From assembly GCF_009914755.1 (NCBI RefSeq), contig NC_060947.1: 64,000 bases of DNA; one strand, given 5' to 3'. Numbering within the stretch: position 1 is the first letter of the stretch; each line of letters starts with the position of its first letter. The stretch comes from the human T2T-CHM13v2.0 reference genome, Homo sapiens. The translations under genes and the position numbers were made by a program. The notes beneath the pieces were generated by a model that was not told where the DNA came from, made no database searches, and saw only the letters and a program-made list of their open reading frames with translations. Of the stretch, positions 42,494-53,300 are shown piece by piece.

Positions 42494-42976
42494 GAGTATA
42501 AATTATTCTACTATAAAGACACATGCACACATATGTTTATTGCAGCACTGTTCACAATAGCAAGGATTTGCAACCATCCCAAATGTCCGTCAATAATAGG
42601 CTGGATAAATAAAATGTGGCACATATACACCATAGAATACTATGCAGCCATAAAAAAAGATGAGTTCATGTTCTTTGCAGGGATATGGAAAAAGCTGAAA
42701 ACCATAATTCTCAGCAAACTAACACAAGAACAGAAAACCAAACACCGCATGTTCTCATTTACAAGTGGGAGTTGACAAATGAGAACACATGGACACAGGA
42801 AGGAAAGCAACACATACTGGGGCCTGTTGGGGGGTGGGGGCCTAGGGGAGGGAGAGAATTAGGAGAAATACCTAATGTAGATGACCGGTTTATGGGTGCA
42901 GGATACCACATTTTCACTTGTGTAACTATGTAACAAGCCTGCACGTTCTGCACATGTATTTCAGATATATATATAT
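42494..42976 (+). mobile_element. L1PA7-like 3' end (last ~90 codons of ORF2 and 3'UTR), probably the 3' end of the element starting at 39158
   Basis: [17 protein letters not shown]...KHRMFS; the 3'UTR ends in (AT)n; alpha satellite resumes with agcctgtagtg, a degraded copy of agtctacagtg just before 39158. Confidence 0.83.
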
Positions 42977-45900
42977 AGCCTGTAGTGAAAAACTGAACAT
43001 CTTCAGATAAAAAGTAGAAACAAGATAACATAAAAATGCTTTTTGATGTGTGGATGTGTCTCACAGAATGGAACCTGTGCTTTGATTAGACAGGTTGGAA
43101 ACATTCTTTTTGTAGAAACTGGGAAGAGATATTTCTGAGCCCATTGTAGCCAATAAGGGAAATCAAATATCCCGTGTTAAAAAGTAGAAACAAGCTATTT
43201 GTGAATATGCATTGTGATGTCTGGATTCATCTTACAGAATGGAACTTGTGCTCTGATTCGTCAATTTGGAAACTCTGTTTTTAAAATATATAAAAGGGCA
43301 TTTCTGAGCCCACTGAGGCCAATAAGAAAAGATCGAATATCTGGTGATAAAAACTAGGAGTAAGGTGTCTGTGAAAATGCTTTGTGATTTGTGAATTCAT
43401 CGCACAAAATGAAACCTTTGTTTTGATTCACCAGGTTGGAAGCACTATTTTTGTAGAATATAAAAAGGAACATTTCTGAGTCCATAGAGGCCAAAAAGAA
43501 AAAATCAAATACTACATGATAAAACTAAGATACAAGCTATCTGTGAAAAATGCTTTGTGATGTTTGGATTCATCTCAAAGAACACTGTTTTTTTGTAGAA
43601 TGTATGAAGGGATATTTCTGAGCCCATTGGGGCAAATAATGAAAAATTGAATGTTCCACGATAAAAACTAGAAACAAGCTATCTGTGACAATGCTTTGTC
43701 GTGTGTGGGTTCATCTCACAGAATGGAACTTCTGTTTTGATTCGACAGGTTGGAAATACACTTTTTGTAAAATCTACAAGGACGCATTTTTTAGACCATT
43801 GAGGGCCTTAAGAAAAAATTGATTACTTCCGACGAAAACTAGAAACAAAATATCTGTAAAAATCCTTTGTGAAGAGTAGATTTACTCGCAGAATGGAACA
43901 TATATTTTGATTCAGTAGGTTGGAAACACTCTTTTTGTTCAATCTAAGAAGGGATATTTCTGAGCTCATTGATGCCAATAAGGAAAAAGCAAATATACTG
44001 CGATAAAAACTAGAAGGAAGTTGTCTGTGAAAACGCTCTGTGATGTGTGAATTCATCTAACAAAATGAAACTTGCTTTTGGATTCACCAGTTAGGAACAC
44101 TCTTTCAGTAAAATCTATGAGAGAACATTTCTGAGCCCATAGAAGTCTAGAGTGACAAACAAAATACCCTGCATTAAAACCTAGAAAAAATCTATTCATC
44201 AAAATACTTTGTGAGGTGTGGTTTCAGCTCACAGAGTTAAAGCTTTGTTTTGATTCACCAGATTGGAAACACTCTTTTTGTAGAATCTACAAAGGGACAT
44301 TTGTGAGCCCACTGAAGCCTAAAATGTAAAACTGAATATCTGGTAATAAAAAGTAGAAGAAAGCTATTTGTGAAAATTCTTTGTGATGTGTGGATTCATC
44401 TCACAGAATGGAACCTGTCTTTTGATTCACCAGGTTGAAAACACTCTTTTTGTAGAATCTACGAAGGAATATTTGTGAGCCCACTGCACCTAATAGATAA
44501 AATTGAATATCTCACAATAAAAACTAGAAACACTCTATCTGCAAAAATGCTTTGTGATATGTGGATTAATCTCATAGGATAAAATCTGCAGGTTTTTTTT
44601 CACCAAGTTGGAAACACTGTTTTTGTAGACTCTATGAAAGGACATTTCTGGGTCCATTGTGGCCAAAAAGGAAATTCAAATATCCCTTGATAAAAACTAG
44701 AAACTAGCTATCTGTGAAAATATTTTATGATGTATGGATTCACCTCACTGAATGGAACCTGTGTGTTGATTAACCAAGTTGGAAACACTCTTTTTGGAGA
44801 ATGTGCAGGGGTACAATTCTGAGCCCTTTAAATCCTAGTGTGAAAAAAGTATATTCCTCAATAAAAACTAGAAAGAAAGCCTTTGTGAAAATGCTTTGTG
44901 ATGTGTGGATTCATCCAAGAGAATGGAACCTGTGGTTTATTCACCAGGTTTGAAACACTTTTTTGTAGAATCAGAAAGGGGACATTTATGAGTCCATTGA
45001 AGCGTACAGGAAGAAACCGAATATCTCACGTTAAAAAATAAAAACAAGCTATCTGTGAAAATGCTTCATGATGTGTCGATTCGTCTAACAGAATGAAACT
45101 TGTGTTTTGATTCACCAGGCTGTAAACACTCTTTTTTTTATAATCTACAAAGAGACATTTCTGAGCCCATTGCATCCAATAAAGGAAGAATAGAAGATTC
45201 CTCAATAAAAACTAGAAACAAGCTATCTGTGAAAATGCTGTGTGATGTGTGGATTCATCTCACAGAATGGAACTTTTTTTTTATTTACCAGGTTGAGACA
45301 CCATTTTGGTAGAATGTACAGAGGGACATTATTGAGTCCATTGTGGCCTATAAGAAAAAATTAAACATTTCATGATAAATATTAGAAACATGCTAACTGT
45401 GAAAATGCTGTTTGATGTTTGAATTTATTTAACAGGATGGAACTTGCGTTTTGATTCACCATGTTCAAAACATTCTTATTGTAGAATTTACGAAGGGACA
45501 TTTCTGAGCCCTTTGAAGCAAATAAGGAAAAATCGAGTAACCCATGATAAGAAAAAAGAAAGGAAAGGAAAGAAAAAAGAAAGAAAGAAAGAAGAAAGAA
45601 AGAAAGAGAAAAGAAAAGAAAAGAAAAAAGAAACAAGCTATTTGTAAAAACGCTTTGTGGAGTATGGCTTTATCTCACAAAATAAAACATATTTTCATTC
45701 ACCAGGCTGAAAATACACTTTTTGTATAATCTAAGAAAGGACAGTTCTGAGATCATTGAGGCCCGTTAGGAAAAAAATTGATGACTGCAATAAGAGCTAG
45801 AAACAAAGTATCTGTGGAAATGCACTGTGATGTGTGGATACATCTCACAGTATAAAGCCTGTGTTTTGATTCACCAGCTTGGAAACACACTTTTTGTGGT

Positions 45901-47185
45901 ATCTATGATGGGATATTGCTGAGTCATTTGGCAAAAATAAAATAAAATAAAATAAAAATAAAAAGAGTATCTTGCAATAAAAACTAGAAACAAACTAAGA
46001 AGGGATATTACTGAGCCCACTGAAGCCAATCAGTAAAAATCCAATATCTTATGATGAAAACTAAAAACAAGCTATCTGTGAAAACAACTGTTTGTGGTGT
46101 GTGGATTCATCTCACAGAATGGAACATGTGTTTTGATTCACCGGATTGGAAACATTTTTTTTGTAGCGTATACAAAAAGACATTCCTGAACCCATTGAAG
46201 CCTAGAGTGAAAATCCAAATATTCCTCATTAAAACCTATAAACAAGCTATCTGTGAAAATGCTTTGTGATATTTGGATTCATTTTATGAAATGCAATCTG
46301 TGCTTTGATTCACCAAGGTGGTTACACTCTTTTTGTAGAATGTACAAAGAGGCATTTCACAGCCCATTGTAATCAATAAGGAAAATCAAATATCCCACGA
46401 TAAAAAAATAAATAAACAAGTTATCCGTGAAAATGCTTTGTGATGTGTGGATTCATCTCACAGAAATGAACTTGTGTTTATATTCACCAGCTTGGAAACC
46501 CTCTTTTTGTAGAGTCTACGATGGGTTATTTCTGAGTCATTTGGCAAAAAAAAAAAAAAATAATAATAATACTATAATAAAACCTGAGTATCTGCTGATA
46601 AAAACTAGAAACAAGATATGATTTTAAAAAAACTCTGTGTGATATGTGGATTCATCTCACAGAATGGAATCTGTGCTTTGATTTACCAGGTTGAAAACCC
46701 TCTTTTTGTAGAATCTACAAATGGACATTTCTGAGCCCATTGAAGTCTAGGGTAAAAAACTGAATATCCTGTGATGAAAACTAGAACCAAGCTATCTGTG
46801 AAAATGCTTAGTTATATGTGGAATCAACTCAAAGAGCGTAATTTGTTTTTTGATTCTCCAGTTTGGGACCACTATTTTAGTAGAATAAACGAAGGAACAT
46901 TTCTAAGGGCTTCGAGGCTCATAAAAAATCGATTATCCCAATAAAAACTAGAAACAAGCTACTTATGAAAATGGTTTGTGACGTGTGGATTCATCCCACA
47001 AAATGGATCCTGTGTTTTGATTCAGGAGGTTAGAAACTCTTCTTTGGTAGAATCTATTAAGGGACAGTTCTTAGACCATAGGGGTCCCTGAAAAAATCGA
47101 ATATTCCATGACAAAAACTAGACACAAGCTATCTGTGAAAATGCTGCTTTGTGATGTGTAGATTCATTTCACAGAATGGAAATGA
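42977..47185. repeat. Monomeric alpha satellite, segment 2
   Basis: ~171-bp units in the same orientation, with several internal deletions and A-rich expansions. Confidence 0.9.
45549..45633 (+). repeat. GA-rich microsatellite (GAAA/GAAAA)n inside an alpha monomer
   Basis: About 85 nt of pure purine replacing the AAAACTAGAAA segment of the monomer. Confidence 0.9.
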
Positions 47186-47466
47186 TTTTTTTTTTGAGGG
47201 AGTCTCTCTCTGTCGCCCAGGCTGGAGTGCAGTGGTGCAATCTGCAAGCTCCACCTCCTGGGTTCATGCCATCTTCCTGCCTCAGCCTCCTGCGTAGCTG
47301 GGACTACAGGCACCTGCCACCACGCCTGGCTAATTTTTTTGTATTTGTAGTAGAGACGGAGTTTCTCTCCATTAGCCAGGATGGTCTCAATCTCCTGACC
47401 TTGTGATATGCCCACCTCAGCCTTCCAAAGTGCTGGGATTACAGGTGTGAGCCACCACGCCTGGCC
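47186..47466 (-). mobile_element. Alu, AluY-like
   Basis: GCAAGCTCC, GTTCATGCCAT, GGACTACAGGCACCTGCC and TTAGCCAGGATGGTCTCAATCTCC (Y diagnostics); ~9-bp deletion near 47242. Confidence 0.88.
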
Positions 47467-48280
47467 CATAACTTGTGTTTTAATTCACCAGTTTGGAAAC
47501 ACACCTTTTGTAGAATCCAGGAATGGAAAATTTTGAGCCCATTGAGACACATAAGGAAAAACTGAATATGTCATGATAAAAACTAGAAACAATTTATCTG
47601 TGAAAATGTTTTGTGATGTGTGGATTTATCTCACAGTATGAAAATTGTGTTTTGATTCACCAGGTTGGAAGTGTTCTTTTTGTAGGATCTATAGCGGGAT
47701 ATTTCTGAGTCCATTGAAATTTAAAGTGAAAAAATGAATAACCCACAATAAAAAGTAGAAACAAGATACCTGCAAAAATGGTTTCAGGTGCATGGTCTAA
47801 TCTCATAGAATGGAACATCTGTTTTCATTCATCAGGTTGGAAACTCTCTTTTTCTGGTATAAATGATGGGACATTTCTGAGGCCATTGAGACCAATATGA
47901 GAAAATTGAGTATCTCAAGAAAAAACTAGAAACAACATATCTCTGAAAATGTGGTATGATGTGTGGATTCATCTCACAGATTGGAATGTGTGTTTTGGTT
48001 CACAAAGTTTGAAACACTCTCTTCATACATCTACAAAGGGACATTTCCTGACCACGTTTAACACAATAACAAAAAAAATCAAATATCCCGTGATGAAAAC
48101 TAGAAACAAGCTATTTGTGAAAAAGCTTTGTGATGTGTGGATTAATCTCACAGATTGGGATGTATGTTTTTTTTCATCAGCTTGGAAACACACCTTTTTG
48201 TAGAATCTACAAAGGTACAGTTCTGATCCCATAGAGGCCTATAAAAAATCAAATATCCAGTAATAAAAACTACAAACAAG
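47467..48280. repeat. Monomeric alpha satellite, segment 3
   Basis: ~171-bp units. Confidence 0.9.
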
Positions 48281-50375
48281 GCTGGTTCAACAAAGGCAAA
48301 TCAATAAATGTAATCCATCACATAAACAGAACCAATGACAAAAACCACATGATTATCTCAACAGATGCAGAAAAGGCCTTCAATAAAATTCAACATCCCT
48401 TCATGCTAAAAACTCTCAATAAACGAAGTATCAATGGAACGTATCTCAAAGTAATAAGAGCTATTTATGACAAACCCACAGCCAACATCATACTGAATGG
48501 GCAAAAACTGGAAGCATTCCCTTTGAAAATCGGCACAAGACGAGGATGCCTTCTCTCCTCTCACCATTCCTATTCAACATAGTGTTGGAAGTTCTGGCCA
48601 GGGCAATCAGGCAAGAGAAAGAAATAAGGGTATTCAAATAGGAAGAGAGGAAGTCAAATTGTCTCTATTTGCAGATGACATGATTGTATATTTAGAAAAC
48701 CCCATCATCTCAGCCCAAAAACTCCTTAAGCTGATAAGCAACTTCAGCAAAGTCTCAGAATACAAAATCAATGTGCAAAAATCACAAGCATTACTATACA
48801 CCAATAACAGAGAAACAGAGAGCCAAATCATGTGTCAACTCCCACTCACAGTTGCTACTAAGGGAATAAAATGCTTAGAAATACAACTTACGAGGGATGT
48901 GAAGGACCTCTTCAAGGAGAACTACAATACACTCAAGGAAATAAGAGAGGACACAAAGAAATGAAAGAACATTCCATGCTCATGGATAGGAAGAATCAAT
49001 ATCATGAAAATGGCCATACTGCCAAAGTAATTTATAGATTCAATGTTATCCCCATCAAACTACCACTGACTTTCTTCACATAATTGGAAAAAACTACTTT
49101 AAACTTCATATGAAACCAAAAAAGAAGACCAATAGAACAGAACAGAGGCCTCAGAAATAACACCACACATCTACAACCATCTGAATTTGACAAACCTGAC
49201 GTTCACAACAATAGGAAAAAGGCTCTCTACTTAATAAATGGTGTTGGGAAAACTGGCTAGCCATGTGCAGAAAAATGAAACTGGACTCCTTCCTTACACC
49301 TTATACAAAAATCAACTCAAGATGGATCAAAGACTTAAAAGTAAGACCTAGGACCATAAAAATTCTAGAAGAAAACCTAGGCAATACCATTCAGGATATA
49401 GGCATGGGTAAAAACTTCATGACTAAAACACCAAAAGCAATGGCAATGAAAGCCAAAATTGACAAATGTGATCTAAGTAAACTAAAGAGCTTCCGCACAG
49501 CAAAAGAAACTATTACCAGAGTGAACAGGCAACCTACAGAATGGGAGAAAATTTTGCAACCTATCCATCTGACAAAGGGCTAATATCTAGAATCTACAAA
49601 GAACTTAAACAAATTTACAAGAAAAAAACAAACAACCCCATCAAAAAATGGGCAAAGGATATAAACAGACACTTCTCAAAAGAAGACATTTATGCAGCCA
49701 ACAGACATGAAAAAATGCACACCATCACCGGTCATTAGAGAAACGCAAATCAAAACCACAGAGATACCATCTCATGCCCATTAGAATGGCGATTATTAAA
49801 AAGTCAGGAAACAACAGAGGCTGGAGAGGTTGGGGAAAATAGTAATGCTTTTACACTGTTGGTAGGAGTGTAAATTAGCTCAACCATTGTGGAAAACAGT
49901 GTGGTGATTTCTCAAGGATATAAAACTAGAAATACCATTTAACCCAGTAATCCCATTAATGGGCATATACCCAAAATATTATAAATTATTCTATGATAAA
50001 GACAATGCACACATATGTTTATAATACTATGCAGCTATAAAAAAGGATGAGTTCATGTCTTTTGCAGGAACATGGATGAAGCTGGAAACCATCAATCTCA
50101 GCAAACTATCACTAGATCAGAAAACCAAACACTGCATGTTCTCACTGAAAATTGGGAGTTGAGCAATGGGAACACATGGACACAGGGAGGGAAACATCAA
50201 ACACTGGGGCCTATCAAAGGGTGGGGCAGTAGGGGAGGAATAACATTAGGAGAAATACCTAATGTAGATGATGGGTTGAGGGATGTAGCACACCACCATG
50301 GCACACATATATTTATGTAACAAAACTGCATGTTCTGCACATGTAACCAAGAACCTAAAATATAACAATTAAAAA
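48281..50375 (+). mobile_element. 5'-truncated L1, L1PA7/L1PA8A-like, with disrupted ORF2
   Basis: RT fragments ([13 protein letters not shown] 48659-48964), 3'UTR and short A-tail; degraded TSD aaaaactacaaacaag / aaaaaatagaaacaag; CAAG microhomology at the 5' junction; two internal deletions. Confidence 0.87.
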
Positions 50376-53300
50376 AAATAGAAACAAGCTGTCTATAAAA
50401 ATACTTTGTGATGTGTGGATGCATCTCACAGAATGGAACCTGTGTTTATAGTCACCAGATGGAAAACAGTCTCTTTTAGAATCTATGAAGGGACATTTTT
50501 GGCCCCTTTAAAGCCAATATTGAAAAACAGAATCTTCTGCATTAAAAACTACAAAGAAGATATCTGTGAAAATGCTTAGTGCTTTGTGGATTCATCTCAA
50601 AGAAGGGAACCTGTGTTTTGATTCACCAAGTTGGACATACTTTTATTGTAGAATCTACAAAGGTACATTTCTGAGTCCATTGAAGCCTAAAAAGAAAAAA
50701 GTATATCCCAGAAATAAATAGAAACAAGCTATCTGGTAGAATGGTTTGTGATTTGTGGATTTGTCTCACAGAATGGAACTTGTGTTATGTTTCATCAGGC
50801 TGGAAATACTCTTTTTGTAGAATCTATAAGGGAACAATTTTGAGCCCACTGAAGTCTAAATTGAAATACCAAATATCCCGTGATAAAAACGGAGAAACAA
50901 GATATCTGAAAATTGTTTGAGATATGTGGATTCATCTCATAAAACGGAAGCTTTGTTTTGATTAACCAACTTGACTTGAAAACATTGTTTTGTTATAAAC
51001 AATGAAGGGCCATTTCTTAGCCTATTGAATACTTGAATCCCACAGTAAAAAACATAATATCCCGTGATAAAAAAAAAAAAAAAAAGCTATCTGTGAAAAC
51101 GCATTGTGTTGTCTGGATTCATCTCAAAAAATGGAACTTGAATATTGATGTATCATGTTGAAAACACTCTTTTTGTAGATCTATGAAGGGACATTTCTTA
51201 ACACATTGTGATCAATAACGAAAATTGAATATCCTACGACAAAAACTAAAAACAAGGTATCTGTAAAAATGCTTTGCTATGTGTGGATTCATCTCACAGA
51301 ATGGAACCTGTATTTTGATTTGCCAGCTAAGAAACACTTTTTTGTAGAATGTAAGAAAAGATATTTCTTAGCTATTTGGCCCATAAGAAAAACTTGAATA
51401 TCCTTGATAAAAACTAGAAACAAGCTATTTATGAGATGCTATGTGATGTGTGGATTCAGCTCACAGAATAAAACCTGTGTTTTGATTCAACATGTTGGAA
51501 ACACTCTTGTTGTAAATCTAAAAGGGGACATTCCTGAGCCCATTGAAGTTTATCATGAAAAACCAAATATCTTGAAATAAAAAAACGGAAACAAGTGGTC
51601 CTTGAAAATAGTTTGGATGTGTCGATTCAGCTCTTAGAATGAAACCACTATTTTGATTCACCCTGTTGGAAGCACTTTTTTTGAGGAATCTACATAGGTC
51701 CCTTTTTTAGCCCACTGTAGTCTACAGCAAAAACCCAAATATTCCATGACAAAAACTGGAAACAAGCTATGTGTGAGAATGCTTTATGATGTGTGGATTC
51801 ATTTCACCGAATGGACCATGTGTTTTGATTCACCAGGTTGGAAACACTTTTTTCGTAAAATATATGAAGGGAAATTTCTGAGCCCACTGAGGCCCATGAA
51901 AAAAATTGAATTTCCCGTGATAAAAATTAGAAGCATGATATTTGAGAAAATGATTTGAAATGTGTGGATTCATCTCACAGAATGCAACCTGCGTTTTGAC
52001 TTCTCAGGTTGGAAACACTCTTTTTCTAGAATATCTGAAGGGACATTTCTGAGCCCTTTGCAGCCAGTAAGGAAGAATCAAATATCCCATGATAAAAAAT
52101 AAGCAAGCTGACTGAAAATGCTTTGTGACATGTGCATTCATTACACAGAACATGTGTTTTGATTCATCAGGTTGGACATAGTTTTTGGTAGAATCTCGAA
52201 GGGACATTTCTGAGCCCATTGAGCCAAATAATGAAAAATCGAATATCCTGCAATGAAAACTAGAAACAAGCTATCTGTGAAAGTGCTCTGTGATATGTGG
52301 ATTCATCTGACTGAATGGAAACTGTGTTTTGACTTACAGCTTGGAAAAACTTCTTTTGTAGAATCTACAAAGGGACATTTCTGAGCCCTTTGAAGCCTAT
52401 AGTGAAAAACTGAATATCCCATAATAAAAACTAGAAATGAGGGATCTGTGAAAATGCTTTGTGATGCCTGGATTCATCTTACAGAATGGAACCTGTGTTT
52501 TGATCAACCACGTTGGAAACAATCTTTTTGTAGTATATATGATGGGCCATTTCTGTGTCCATTGAGGCCAATAAGAAAAAATTGAATATTGAATACCTTG
52601 CAATAAAAACTACCAACAATCTATCCGTGAAAATGTTGTGTGACGTGTGGATTCATCTCACAGAAAGTGACCTGAGGTTTTATTCACCAGTTTGGAATCA
52701 CTCTTTTTGTAGCTCTGCAAAGTGACAATTCTGAGACCATTGAAACCTACAATGAAAACCAAATATCCCATGATGAAAAGTAGAAGCAGGCTATCTTTAA
52801 AAATGCTTAGTGATTCATATAACAGAAAGGAATCTGTGTTTTGATTAAACAGCTTGGAAACCCTCTTCTTGTAGAATCTATGTAGGAATATTTCTGAGCC
52901 ATTTTGTCCATAAAAAAAACTTGAGTATCCCGAGATAAAAACTAGAAACAAGCTATCTGTGAAATTGCTCTCTGAAGTGTGGATTTGTCTCACAGAATTA
53001 AACCTCTGTTTTATTCACTAGGTTGGAAGCACTATTTATGTAGAATTTACAAAAACATATTTCTGAGCCCTTTGAAGCCTACAGTGACAAACAGAATATC
53101 CCACAATGAAAACTCAAAACAACCTGTATGTGAAAATGATTTGTGGTGTGTGGAATCATCTCACTAAATGGAGCCTGTGTTTTTCCTCACCAGGTTAGAA
53201 ACATTCTTTCTGTAGAATCTAAGAAGGGACATTTCTAAGCCCATTGAGACCTATAGTGGAAAACCAAATATCCTGAGATAAAATCCAGAAAACAGCTATC

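Noticed and set aside
45382-45729. Lys/Glu/Arg-rich and Phe/Leu/Ser-rich ORFs
   Set aside because: Translations of the (GAAA)n microsatellite on each strand.
45757-45780. GGCCCGTTAGGAAAA, superficially CENP-B-box-like
   Set aside because: Lacks the required TTCG and CGGG core positions.
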